A stretch of 64,000 nucleotides of DNA from Octopus vulgaris. Its lineage: Eukaryota. The position numbers and the translations under genes are program-made. The stretch covers positions 82,088,001 to 82,152,000 of the forward strand of contig OX597821.1 of the NCBI GenBank assembly GCA_951406725.2, given 5' to 3'. Of this stretch, positions 26,806 to 40,135 are shown piece by piece (positions within the stretch are counted from its first letter, which is position 1; every line of letters starts with the position of its first letter). Under the pieces are notes generated by a model that saw nothing but the letters and a program-made list of their open reading frames with translations, did not search any database and was not told the origin of the DNA.

Positions 26806-27250
26806 ATCATCATCATCATTGTTTAACGTCCGTTTTCCACGCTAGCATGGGTTGGACGGTTCGACCGGGGTCTGGGAAGCCAGGGGCTGCTCCAGGCTCC
26901 AGTCTGATCTGGCAGAGTTTATACGGCTGGATGTCCTTCCTAACGCCAACCACTCTGCGAGTGTAGTGGGTGCTTTTTACGTGCCACCTGCACAGGTGCC
27001 AGGGGGGGGTCCGGCATTGGCCATGATCGCTTGGAGCTTTTAACGTGCCAGCCAAGGCGGCGCTGGCAATGGCCACGTTCGGATGGTGCTTTTTATGTGC
27101 CACCGGCACAGAAGCCAGTCGGGCGGCGCTGGCATCGGCCACGTTTGGATGGTGCTTTTTATGTGCCACCAGCACAGAAGCCAGTCAGGGCAGTGCTGGC
27201 GTTGGCCACATTCGGATGGTGCTTTTTATGTGCCACCGGCACAGGTATCA
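26806..27250 (-). mobile_element. Young RTE 3'-UTR copy with ~66-bp internal tandem repeats
   Basis: GC/CpG-rich; unit ggcggcgctggca...tggtgcttttatgtgccacc...agaagccagtc starts at 27056, 27122 and 27189; (CAT)n tail at 26806. Confidence 0.85.
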
Positions 27251-28364
27251 CAAGAAATTTAATTTTGCAGATGGAGGGTCAAAAAGGAAAGAAACAAAAT
27301 AATGTAAAATACTATTGGTTCATGGCTTGCTTATTGGTTCATAGTCAGATGAGCAAGGTGATGCACTCATCATCCTCTAGTGTCTGCTTTTCATACTAGC
27401 ATGGGTTAAATAGTTCGACTGGAACTGGTAAGCTGGAGAGCTGTACCAGGCTCCACTCTGGTTTGGCATGGTTTCTATGACTGGATGCTCTTACACTCCA
27501 AGAGTGTAATGGTTGCTTTTTACATGCCTCCAGCATGGGCACTTTTTACATACCACCAGCATGGGTGCCATTCCCATGACAGCAGCAACAGCCTTGACTA
27601 CGATTTCACTTGCCTTGATGAGTCTTCTCAAGCACAGCATATAGCCAAAAGTTTCAATCACTTGTCATCACCTGTGTAAGGCCCAACATTCAAAGACTAT
27701 GTGTCACCACCTTGTCTGATGTCTTCCTGGGTCTACCTCTTCCACAGGCTCCATCCACAGTTGTGATCCACATATTTAGTACTATTGAATCTACTGAGGA
27801 CCAGACTGTGTACTCTAATGTCTAGTGGAGAGCATTGAGAGGAGGGCCCACATCACAGATCAAGTATGTTGTTGTTGTTGTTGTTTGCTTTTTCTTTCTC
27901 ACTGCCCAGTCAGTTTTTGTATACCCATAGATTCTGTTGGTTTCCACAGTGAAGAGGGAAGCAAAATGGACTTAGTCAGAGCATTGATTTTGCTGTCCCT
28001 TTTCTTTTATCATAAACTGAGTTCATCACAAAAGAGCCTCTATGTAGTCACTCAACCTACGAAAGGAAAAATAGGAAGTAACAGCCAAATCTTCTGCAAA
28101 TGATGGTTATATAGTCTTAACTGTATGAATAGATTGAAAAGGTATGAACAAGGAATTAAAACCATGTCCCAGACCTAGGTTATATCCATTCAAAGGTACT
28201 AACTACAAAAGTCACAAAGCCTTACAAAAACATTCTCACGTCTACATCACAACATTCACACAACCATACTATAATACTGACACACCTCAACTACACTCAT
28301 ACAGCCACACTGAAACATTCCTGTACCTATTACAATGATACTCACATTTATATTATTAACTTAG

Positions 28365-29375
28365 ACTAGCTGACCCTGTGGATATTCTGCAGTTTAATTA
28401 GAATTTTCTACCATAGTTTTCAATTACAGTTCACAATATCAAAATCAAATGTCGACATTTTAGGTTTTCAATATTTGATGGAAAAATGCACAATGGTGGA
28501 ACAATGTGCAATTGATTTTTTTTAAAAAAAAAAAAAAGCTTTGTTAAAGTTTGTTTTATAAATAATGGAAATGTTACCCACTTTTTGAGAGTTGAAAATT
28601 ATGAAAATAATACCTTTGTTCAATTTTCATGACAATGACTTGCCTCAAGATGTATGTGTTAAATTTTCAGGTAGAGAGAGAGAGAGAGAGACAGACAGAT
28701 ACAGAGAGAGAAAGAGTGAGAGACAGACAGACAGATGCAGAGAGAGACAGACAGACAGATGCAGAGAGATAAAGAGAGAGAGACAGACAGATACAGAGAG
28801 AGAAAGAGAGATAGAGAGACAGAGACAGACAGACAAATACAGAGAGAGAAAGAGAGAGACAGACAGATACAGAGAGATACAGAGAGATAGAGAGAGAGAG
28901 AGTGAAAGAGAGAGAAAGTCCAACTAATGCTACTGGGGCATGGACACATACACACAAACACATGGTGTTTGTATATATACACACACACAATTTACACTTC
29001 ACACACATACATGCACAGTTCACACAATTCACACAAACACATGCACAGCTAATTGTTGTGAGCTTATGTGTGTGCATCAGTAGCATTCATGTGTGTGTGT
29101 GTGTGTGTGTGCCAGTAGCATTCATTTGAATCTCTCTCTCTCTCTTTCCCTCTCTATTGAAGACACTTTTATTATGCTCTTAACACATTGATATAATAGA
29201 AGACAGAAAATAGAGAGATGTGTGAGTGAATATATGCACCTGTAGCATTCATTTGGATCTCTCTCTGTCACACACATACTTTTACTTTCCCCTTCCCACA
29301 TAGTGACAGATTACCATGACAGATTGTTTACACCACAGGAATCTGTCGTTAACACTTTATAGTATAATAGAATAA
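28365..29375 (+). mobile_element. Possible non-autonomous Helitron/Helentron-like element
   Basis: Starts actagctgaccc, ends ...tatataatagaat; carries internal (GA/GACA)n and short inverted/direct repeats (taatgctactgg vs ccagtagcatt). Confidence 0.35.
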
Positions 29376-29440
29376 TTAAAAGTTGGGTGATCAAAAACTT
29401 TCTAAAGGCACTCGATGGATGGAAACTGAAAGAAGCCTGT

Positions 29441-29475
<35 letters not shown>

Positions 29476-30677
29476 ATGCCTCCTCATCTAAAATAAACTG
29501 CCTATGGTATATATCATGACAAGACCCCCTACAATTCCATTAAGGTGTTGAGAGCCCAAAGCAAGGCAAGTTAATAGACATATCAGTCACAAATCCCACC
29601 TTGAAGTTCAGTTCAGGTAGAGGGTTTCATGGAGCCAGAAATTCTACGGACATTTGGTGTGAGAAACTTGTTGATCTGGCGAACAAATAACAAAAGCAAA
29701 AAGAAAAGAACAGAAGGAAGAAAAGGTAGAGTAGGAAAATATAAGCACATACAAATTTTAAAAATTGTTTTTAGAAGAGGAGAGGATGAAATAAACTACA
29801 TAAAAATTATGATAAAAAACAGGAGAAAATATCAAAACATTGTAACAAAATAAAAGGGAAAATGAGAAATTAAGCTGAGAGATGAACAGAAGATGGAATA
29901 GAGGAAAAGAAATGTAGAACAAGTTTAAATATAACGTAACACCCTATTTGTTGTGTTTAAACAAGAAGCTAAAATCATATTTTCCATCATAGATTTTGAC
30001 AGAAATGCACAAGCTTTAAGTAATTGGCTATAAACCATCATGGTGTCTCAAAGACAATGGAACTGATGGATAACTGTCCATTTCGAATTAAAAATTTAGA
30101 ATAAAAGATGGTCTCCTTCCTTTTCATTTTTTAATATTGTATTTTAGCACAATCCCATCACACTTCATGATAAAATAAGCAACTTTCATCCATTTTTGTC
30201 CTTGAAATAATGCTTCTTTCAGATTTTATTGTGGTTTAAGAAATAGAAATGATGAAAAGAAAAATACAAATGGCGACCATGAAATGGCTGGTGTGGGTAG
30301 GGAAGTGTCTGTTATGTAAATATGACGTGATTCATTGTTCATGGTTATTTTCAGTTCATCAGACATGTGTATGTATGTATATATTTTGTATTTGTGAAGA
30401 TGTTTACATATCTGTGTATGTACGTATGTGTATCTTTGTGTGTTTGCGTGTACATTTGTGTATCTTTCTATGCATGCATGCGTGCGTGTGTGTGTGTGTA
30501 TGTATGGAATAGTTTGTCTTTGTATATACGTTTTTGTATATAGGAATATGTATATGGCGTTGCTTTTATGTGTGAGCTTGTACGTAAAATTTTGTGTATA
30601 CATGTAAGAGTTCTTTTATGCATGCTTATTTATGATTTTGCATGTGTGTATGCATGCATATATATATATATATAGAT

Positions 30678-30746
<69 letters not shown>

Positions 30747-31726
30747 TATAGGTATATGTGTCTGCATTTATGTAATTACTCGTGTATAAGATTACTCAGA
30801 ATAGCGAGTGATAATACATCATTAATATATCTGATGTCTGCAAAGTAGGCTTATGGCCAAACTTTTGTACCGAAGGGTGTACATGTGCATGTGTATATGC
30901 ACATGCACATGTGTGTGTATGTGAATGTGTATATCATCATTATTGTCATTTAACATCCACTTTTCCATGCTTGCATGGGTCAGACAGAGTCTATTTGAGG
31001 CAGATTTTCTGTGGCTGGATGCCCTTCCTGTCACCAACCTTACTTGTTTCTAAGGTAGGTAATATTTCCCCATGGCCAAACATGTTCTCATAGAATGTTA
31101 GAAAGGAATGATACTGCTTGTGAGACAGTGACACTTGTTTACAACTATCACATGATGTCAAGACAAAAATACACAAGCGTGCGCACACAAACACACACAT
31201 GCACATACACACACAGACAGACACATACACACATACACATACACACAGTTGCCCCCACCCAGACCCACAGACATGATGTGTTTCTCTCAGTTTCTGTCCA
31301 CCAAACTCACTCACACTGCTTTTGTCTATCATAGAAGACACTCACCAAGATACTATACAGTGGGACTGATGAGCTCACTTTAATAATGATAATGATAATA
31401 ATGATAACAACAACAACAACAACAATTCTTTCTAATTTTGGCACAAGGCCAGCAATTTAAGGATGAGGGCTTGTCGGTCACATCATCTCCAGTACTTGAT
31501 CGGTACTCTATTTTATTGATCTTCAAAGGAGGAAATTCAAAGTTGACCTCGGCAGGATTTGAACTCAGGATATAAAGACTTAGGAGAAATGTCACTAGGT
31601 ATTTTGTCCAACACTAATGATTCTAATTTACAGCATATGCAATATCAATCTAAACATGAAAATCAGAGTCGATCAGGGTGAGATTTGAACTCAAAATACA
31701 AAGATTCCAACCAAGATACTACAAAG

Positions 31727-32052
31727 CAGGGGACAGCAAACTGGGGTAAATTACCTCAAGTGGGGTAAAAATGAAATTCTTGCGGGTAATGAGGACTCAT
31801 TAGACATAAGTAAAATTATATAAAAAAAACATGTTCCTTGCTACAACAGAAATTTTTCTTCTGGCAACACTACATCTGTCCAATGTAATGGACATCTAAA
31901 TAGATTCATATAAATTGATTCACTGAAATAGATTCAATAAACCTTTTGAATTCAGAGAATCTATGAATTTCTTCCTTTCAAATGAAGCGGGTAACATTGG
32001 TGTAAATAAATATAATATGGAGTAACTGGTTAAAAAAGTTCCCTGATCCCTG
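31727..32052. mobile_element. hAT-type MITE with 8-bp TSD
   Basis: TIRs caggggacagcaaact / agttccctgatccctg; flanks ctacaaag and ctataaag. Confidence 0.75.
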
Positions 32053-32556
32053 CTATAAAGCATGGATGTCATGCATTCAGAAACTCAAGCCATTTTTAAC
32101 TAAACTCTAGTAATAATATATGAAATTCATAAATTATACAAATTTGTTGACAAAATGGTCAACTGTAGTATTTTCTTTTCCCAAAGGCAGAAAAGCTTGC
32201 CTAAATTTACGGTCAACACTAAATAATTTTTGCCAATACAGATCTCCACTAGTTTCATTGGAGTCTTCTTTTTTCATTTTTGCTGATTTCCTGTAATAGT
32301 AGTATACCAATTCTTTCAATGTGGTACTTCAGCATGGCTGCAGTCCAATGGCCAATGCAAGTTAAAAAAATAAAGAGAATATATATTCGTTTGTGTGTGC
32401 GCACATGCACATGTATGTGTGTGTGTGAAGAAATGTGACCTGGTAGTTTGGGACATTATTCTGACAATCAGAAAAATCATGGTTTTGATTCTCAGACTGG
32501 TTGGGCATTGTGTTCTTCAGCAAAACACTTCATTCCATATTTCTCTTGTCCACTTA

Positions 32557-32781
32557 AGAGGGTGTGCTGAAAAGTTCCTAGCTTTGGATAAAAGAAAATA
32601 CAGGAGGATTAGTTAATTATGATTTTATTCAACATATTCCCCTCTCAGATTCACACACTTATTGCAGTGATTCTTCAGTTTTTTTAAGTGCTGTAAAAGA
32701 ACTTGGAATGTTGGGCTTCCAACCAAGCTTTTTGTGACACCCTCAAAGCCATGAACCTTTCAGCACCACCTCATTTATATA

Positions 32782-32822
<41 letters not shown>

Positions 32823-33440
32823 TCACGGAGTGGTCTACACTCACGGAGTGGTTGGCGTTAGGAAGGGCATCCAGCTGTAGAAACATTGCCAGATTAGACT
32901 GGAGCCTGGTGCAGCCTTCTGGCTTCCCAGAACCCCGGTCGAACCGTCCAACCCATGCTAGCATGGAGAACGGACGTTAAACGACGATGATGATATATAT
33001 ACATATATATGAGGGGTGCTGAAAAAGTTCCTGGCTTTGGGTAAAAGAAAATACGGGAGGAGGATCAGTTGATTATGATTTTATTCAACATATTCCCTTC
33101 TCAGATTAACACACCTATTGCAGCGGTCCTTCAATTTTACTAAGTGCTGTAAAAGAACTTGGAAATTTGGGCTTCCAACCTGGCCTTTTGTGATACCCCT
33201 AAAGCCATAAACCTTTCAGCACCCCCTCTTTTATATATATATGAGGGGGTGCTGAAAAGTTCCTGGTTTTAGGTAAAAGAAAATACAGGAGGATCAGTTA
33301 ATTATGATTTTATTCAACATATTCCCCTCTCAGCAGTCCTTCAGGTTTTCTAAGTCTTGTAAAAGAACTTGGAAGGTTGGACTTCCAGCCAAGCCTTCTG
33401 CGATACCCTAAAAGCCAAAAACTTTTCAGCATCCCCTTGT
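32557..33440 (+). mobile_element. Three tandem Tc1/mariner-type MITE copies
   Basis: About 200-220 bp units at ~32557-32773, 33011-33228 and 33243-33440, with TIRs gagggg(g)tgctgaaaagttcctgg / ...tttcagcaccccctc and TA-rich junctions. Confidence 0.85.
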
Positions 33441-34563
33441 AGCTGTAACAGACTGGTGTTCTAATTCAGGAAGAACTGGGATGGCATTATGTGAAAAATA
33501 TAACAATGCAAAGAAGGGTATTTTGACCTGTGATGTATAACCACATCTGTTACTCTGGTTGATACACTGGTAAAGTGATACAAACACATAACTTATTATT
33601 TAGAAAATGATGAACACTAATTCTTATAAAATGAATTTTTATTAAATGTTATTAATAGTCACCTTATACTGCAGAACACCAGAATTTTTATGTGAAACCA
33701 TGGAATTCCTTGATGCCCACTTTCAGAAAAACCAATGTAGGGAAATGAAAAGCACACACTATAAGGCAACTAGTCTGGTGTTTTACTGTTCCACAGTTTC
33801 TGCCTAATCATCACCCAATCTCACTTCCGTTAATATATTGTTATAGACAAGATATTTATAACATAAATGTTTGATATAATGAGAAGAGAGAGGAGAGAAC
33901 CATCAATCAATCTCTATATGTCAATATTGATGGAGAGAGAGAGAGAGATGCAGAGACATATAGGCTGATACACAGAACTGTCTCTGCTGCACAAACAGAG
34001 AATATATAAAGTTACACAGCAATAGGGATATCAACACACACACACACACACGCGTGCGCAATACACACACATACATTCACACACACATGCATCACACAAA
34101 TATGAAAAGATATATGCTCACGCATGTAGACACACATGGACATAAGCACACGTAGTCACGGAGAAAAATCACATAATACTTGAATATATACACTCATACA
34201 TGCAAATATTTAATACATATATACATATCCATCAACACACGCATACACAGGCTAGCATAGAATTACTAATACTCATAGATAGGTGGATAATTATGTGTAT
34301 AGTGTATGTATGTATGAATGTATGTATACACACACACACACACATAAACATAGATGTTTGCATGTGGCCATGTATATATATGTGTGTGTGTGTGTGTGTA
34401 TGTATATATATATATATATTATATAATTATATATATATTATATATATATACAATATATATATATACGTCTGTGTGTGTGTGTGTATGTATATATATATAT
34501 ATATATTATATAATTATATATATATATACATACACACACACACACAGACGTATATATATATAT

Positions 34564-34627
<64 letters not shown>

Positions 34628-34722
34628 ATTATATATATATTATATATATATATATATACGTCTGTGTGTATGTGTGCATGTATGTATGTATGTACGTATG
34701 TATGTATGTATGCATATACCTA

Positions 34723-34785
<63 letters not shown>

Positions 34786-34968
34786 GCAGATGTCCATGTA
34801 TGTATGTGTATATACCTATATGTATGTGTGTGTATACATATATAAATACATATATGTGTGCATGTATATATATATATATATATATATACATGCACACATA
34901 CACATATACACACAGATACACACACACACTTAGGCTTTAAAAGTTATTGAAAAAGTTATGGCTCAACT

Positions 34969-35016
<48 letters not shown>

Positions 35017-35028
35017 TACATATACAGA

Positions 35029-35470
35029 AGGTTTAAAAGTTATTGGAAAAGTTATAGCACAATTGATTAGAAAGAAAATTAGACTCGATGAGATGCAGTT
35101 GGGCTTTCTGCCAGGAACAGACACCACTGTTGACCTCTAACTAGTGAGACAACTGCAGGAGAACTCTTTAGCTAAAAATAAGTTGCTGTACCCAGCATTT
35201 GTCAACCCGGTTAAAGACATTGTCAGGGTTTCTTTCTGTTATAATCTGGTGAACTCAGAGGAAACTAGCGAAAGCTGATTGGCATTGAATGGCTGTGGAA
35301 ACTATGTATAGGGGTGAGAGTTAGAAAGGAGATTAGCAATGAATTTAGTATAGAGGTAGGGACCCGTTTTAAGCTTTTGTTTGTAAACCCCCTTCTATTT
35401 ATTTCAAGTCTTTCTGGTCATAACAGAAGTGTTTAAGGCCAGCTGTCCATGAAAACTCCTATATACTAAA
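35029..35470 (+). pseudogene. Degenerate RTE-clade reverse-transcriptase fragment
   Basis: Reads KVIAQLIRKKIRLDEMQLGFLPGTDTTVDL*LVRQLQENSLAKNKLLYPAFVN, matching the RTE pattern QFGFMPGRSTTDAIFxxRQLQEK...LYxAFVDLEKAFD; contains stops. Confidence 0.8.
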
Positions 35471-36093
35471 GACAGCATCGTCATCATCATCATCATTTAA
35501 AGTCTGTTTTCCATGCTGGCGTGGGTTACATGATTAAGTCGGAGCTGGTAAGCAGGAGAGCTGCACCAAGCTCCACTTGTCTGTTTTGGTTAACTTTTTA
35601 CAGCTGGATGCCCTTCCTCATGCCAACCACCCTATCACAATCTCTCTTCCATTACTCATCCTCTACCATGCTCTCTCCACACCTATCCCACTATTTCTCC
35701 CATCACATTCACCCTTTTTTTCACCCTCTCACACTCAGGTTCTTCTTCTCTCATGCTCTTTCTCTCTCTTTATATACCCTTTCAGTCATGTTTCTGTGAT
35801 TATACAGAGGCAGTGTTGTGTACTGAGGACTTCTTTGTTTTGCAGAGGTTAAGACACACACATAAAAAAAAAAGAACTGCACGCAGTACACTCTGCAAAG
35901 CGATTGCATTAGAAAGGGCATCGAGCCAAAGAAAATGTGCCAAAAATGAAAACTCTGAGCAAAATGTAGACCCTGACCTATCGACAAGTGCAGTAACTTC
36001 AAATAAGAACTGATTTGGACTGCGACAACTCATCTGAATCATGCTAGCATGGGAAATAGATGTAAAATGATGATGACGATGACGATGATGATG

Positions 36094-36127
<34 letters not shown>

Positions 36128-36228
36128 CAATGATGATGATGATGATGATGTAAATATGTGTATGCGTGTGTATGTGTAACTGTGTGTGTGTGTGTGTGCA
36201 TGTGTGCGTGTGTGTATGTGTGTGCTTG

Positions 36229-36265
<37 letters not shown>

Positions 36266-37752
36266 CTGCAAATGTAGATATCTAAGTTGATAAGGTACTG
36301 GTACAACCAGCTCAGCAATAAATAGACCAGAGACGTTGTATAATGTTCTTAATGTCAATGATTAATGTCCACTCCTCCTCCCCCTCTCTCTCCCCCTCCA
36401 CAAAATTATATATTGTTCCTGGAGCCATCATATTCAATGAAGGACTCCATCTATGAAAGATTTTTAGATGCATGATTGACACATTGTTGGCTATGATGTA
36501 TATCTATATTGTGATGTACAGTTTATATATATATATATATATATATAACTGCTCCACAAACAATGCATTATAGCCGTGTACATCGCAAATGATATAGCTA
36601 CACACCACTAATGATATGGCCAGACTCAGAAGTAGTAGTAGTAGTGGTGGTGGTGGTGGTGGTGTGTGGGGGGGTCTTAATTTATATTTTTTCCTATACT
36701 ACTATTATGCTACATACAACAAACCTTTTTTTTAAGTATGAGATATGGCTGTGTTGCCGAGAAGTTTGCTTCCTGACCATGTAGTGGTTTTGGGTTCAAT
36801 CTCACCGTGCAGCACCTTGGACAAATGATTCTGTTGTAGCACCAAGCTGACCAAAAACGTATGAATGGGTTTGATAGACGGAAACTGAAGGAAGCCTGTC
36901 ACATGCATATATGTGATTGGAGATGAGCTGTATGTTATATGGCCTGATTCTCTGTTAATTATGATGGTCAGTGGTCCAGCTGACATGATCAACCAAACAG
37001 CCTCATCATCATTATCATCATTATCATCATCATCACTTAACGTCCATTTTCCATGCTGGCATGAGTTGGATGGTTTGACCAAGGTCTGAAGAGCCAGCGG
37101 CTGCACCAGGCTCCAATCTGATCTGGCAGTGTTTCTACAATTGGATGCCCTTCCTAATACCAACCACTCTGAGAGTGTAGTGGGTGCTTTTTATGTGCCA
37201 CTGGCACGGTGGCCAGTCAGTGGGTACTGGCATCAGCCAAGTTTGGATGGTGCATTTTATGTGCCACCGGAATGGGAGCCAGTCAGTGGATACCATTGCG
37301 AAATTAATGTGCAAGTGGCTGAGCACTCCACAGACACGTGTACCCTTAACATAGTTCTCAGGGAGATTCAGCGTGACACAGAATGTGACAAGGCTGATCC
37401 TTTAAATTACTGGTTACAACTCAGTTTTGCCAGCTGAGTGAAATGGAAGAACATGAAATAAAGTGTCTTGTTTAAGGACACAAGGTACCAGTAGAAATTG
37501 AACTTACGACTGTATGATAATGAACCAAATACCGTAACCACTAAGCCAGGTACCTTCCCTATTTTATACGGAATAACAAGTTAACTCGATTTAGCTGTTA
37601 AATAAGAACTGCGGGAACTTCATAGTTGAGTAGGTGTTGTAAGAACAACAACAACCATATGAAGATGTTGATACAATGAGAAAGAGAAATGTCAATAAAT
37701 AAGAAGCAAAAGAAAGTTGGACAGAAAGAAAATCTGTTGCTATTTCCAAAAT

Positions 37753-37998
37753 TTATACGACAAAATATCCAAATTTGCAGAACTCTCCAGCTAGTGAGGA
37801 GAATAATAACGAAAGCAAAAGCAACAGCGTCAGAGCTGTAAAAACAAAATGAAGGAGAGAAAAATGATACATAAATGATACAACTTTCACAGCCAGCAGT
37901 CCACCCCTACAGGAAAATACCTCAGAATATATCTTGTTGCTGTACCGAGCTGTTCGCTGGTGAACTGGAATGTTATTTCCTTGTGAGTTATCTGACAT
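37753..37998 (-). CDS. Weak candidate exon/small ORF with a hydrophobic segment (81 aa, MSDNSQGNNIPVHQRTARYS...FVFTALTLLLLLSLLFSSLAGEF...)
   Basis: Open frame from an ATG across unique sequence, but only a weak donor (GTC|GTATAA). Confidence 0.2.
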   Translation of the reverse strand: MSDNSQGNNIPVHQRTARYSNKIYSEVFSCRGGLLAVKVVSFMYHFSLLHFVFTALTLLLLLSLLFSSLAGEFCKFGYFVV

Positions 37999-38074
37999 AC
38001 ATATTTCTGTCACAAACAGGTGGGTTATATATATACCTAAATACTTACAAAGAAACAAACTTATATATGTGTGA

Positions 38075-38105
<31 letters not shown>

Positions 38106-38559
38106 CACACACACACATATATATATACACATATAAACATACATACATATATTATATATATGTATACATATACATATATACATGTACATACACACATACA
38201 TACACACATACATACATACATATATACATACATGTATATGATGAATCATTATAACAGTGGGACTATAACATGACAATGGCTGTAAAGTTGCATGCAGGGT
38301 GGATATTTGGTAACTGGTTGGTGTGCAACTGACACCGGGTTGATGGTGCACAGTTTCTCCTCTTCTATGAAACCTCACACCTCTCCCTCTCCCCCTCTCT
38401 CATATTCTTTCTTCTCATCCTTTTACTTCCACAACTACTCTTATACATGAGATTGGTTTGGGGTTTAACATAATCCAACACCATATACAGTAATTATAAA
38501 AATTCAAACTAAAATGTCCTAAATTGAGAAAAAATATAACTGAAAATATATTAGAGTAT

Positions 38560-38950
38560 GGCGCAGGAGTGGCTGTATGGTAAGTAGCTTGCTAACCAAC
38601 CACATGGTTCCGGGTTCAGTCTCACTGCGTGGCATCTTGGGCAAGTGTCTTCTGCTATAGCCCCGGGCAGACCAATGCCTTGTGAGTGGATTTGGTAGAC
38701 GGAAACTGAAAGAAGCCTGTCGTATATATGTATATGTGTATGTGTGTGTGTTTGTCCCCCTAGCATTGCTTGACAACCGATGCTGGTGTGTTTACGTCCC
38801 CGTCACTTAGCAGTTCGGCAAAAGAGACTGATAGAATAAGTACTAGGCTTACAAAGAATAAGTCCCGGGGTCGATTTGCTTGACTAAAGGCGGTGCTCCA
38901 GCATGGCCACAGTCAAATGACTGAAACAAGTAAAAGAGTAAAGAGTAGAG
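38560..38950 (+). mobile_element. Full-length tRNA-derived CORE-type SINE (family A)
   Basis: A-box tggctgtatggtaag, B-box-like ggttcagtc, CORE-like cttgggcaagt, central (TA/TG)n and (AAAGAGT)n tail. Other copies at about 15255, 18050, 18965, 24740, 36745, 42580, 43415, 49563, 56714 and 57455. Confidence 0.9.
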
Positions 38951-39130
38951 TAAGACTGAGAGCTGTTAATCCTATAAAATCTACTCTAGACTTTCAAATA
39001 AATAGGATAGCAGGATGCATAAGAAATAACAGTTTAATTTACTCCAACGAAAGCAGTACTTGAGTGACACACAACAGTGAAATCAAGAACCACATCAAAC
39101 AATACAGACATTCTTTGCAAATGATATGGC

Positions 39131-40135
39131 CACACATCATAAGCAACAGAGTAATACATCATAAACAATATAGCTACACATCATAAACAGTATAGTCACA
39201 CATCATAAGCAACAGAATAATACATTGCAACCAATATAGTCACACATCATAAACAATATAGTCACATATTGTAGATAATTCTTTCTACAGTAGGCATAAA
39301 TGAAGGTGCATGGCTTAGTGGTTAGGGTGTTGCACTCACAAATGCTAGGTGGTGAGTTTGATTCCCAGATCAAGTAGCGGGTTATATTCTTGAGAAAAAT
39401 GCTTTATTTCATGCTGTTTCAGTCCACACAGCTGTAAATGAAAAGAGTAAGCCTGTGATGGACCAGCATCTCATCCAGGAAGGAATTTATATGCACCAGA
39501 GAAACCAGGAATGTGGACTTATTCTCCTTATGGAGTAATTTGGACTAACCACTATAGGCACTGTGGAAGCACATGGTCTAGTGGTTAGAGCAGTGGTCTT
39601 GCGGTCAAGGGATCATGGGTTTGAATCTCAGACCGGGTGACATGTGTGTTTATGAGTGAAACACCTAAGCTCCACACGGTTCCAGCAGAAGGTAATGGCA
39701 AACTTCTACTGATTCTTTCGCCCCAACTTTCTCTCACTTTTTCCTCCTGCATCTAACAGCTCACCTGTGATGAACTGATGTCCCATCCAGATGGGGAACC
39801 TATACACCAATGAAACTGGGAAACTGGCCCTTATGAGCCAGGCATAGCTCAAGAAGGAACAAACAACTATAGGCACAAGGTCTGACATTTTGGGGGAGTG
39901 GGTAATTGATTACATTGACCCCAGTCCTCAACTGGTACTTATTTCATCAACTCCAAAACGATGAAAGGTAAAGGTCTTTGAATTCAGAGCTTAGAGACAG
40001 ATGAAGTGCTGCCAAGCATTTTGTCTGGTGTGCTAACAATTCTGTTGGCTCACTGCTGTACACGTTGTAAATAACATAGCCACACATCATAAACAATATA
40101 AACACACATGGTAAATAATATAGTTATATATTGTC
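39131..40135. repeat. 22-bp minisatellite interrupted by a three-SINE nest
   Basis: Unit cacacatcataaacaatatagt occurs 6-7 times at 39131-39275 and 3-4 times at 40059-40135. Confidence 0.85.
39562..39865 (+). mobile_element. tRNA-derived SINE (family D) with 11-bp TSD
   Basis: tRNA-like head tggtctagtggttagagc...gggtttgaatctc; TSD actataggcac at 39551-39561 and 39866-39876. Related fragment at ~52022-52200 (-). Confidence 0.8.

Noticed and set aside
30223-30320. Plus-strand exon candidate (FYCGLRNRNDEKKNTNGDHEMAGV...)
   Set aside because: Short, with moderate splice signals and no homology; indistinguishable from chance.
38560-38630. tRNA gene
   Set aside because: The A/B boxes belong to a SINE head; no cloverleaf, and it continues into the SINE body.
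39131-39275. Regular short repeats as a CRISPR-like array
   Set aside because: Contiguous 22-bp units with no unique spacers, in eukaryotic context without cas genes.
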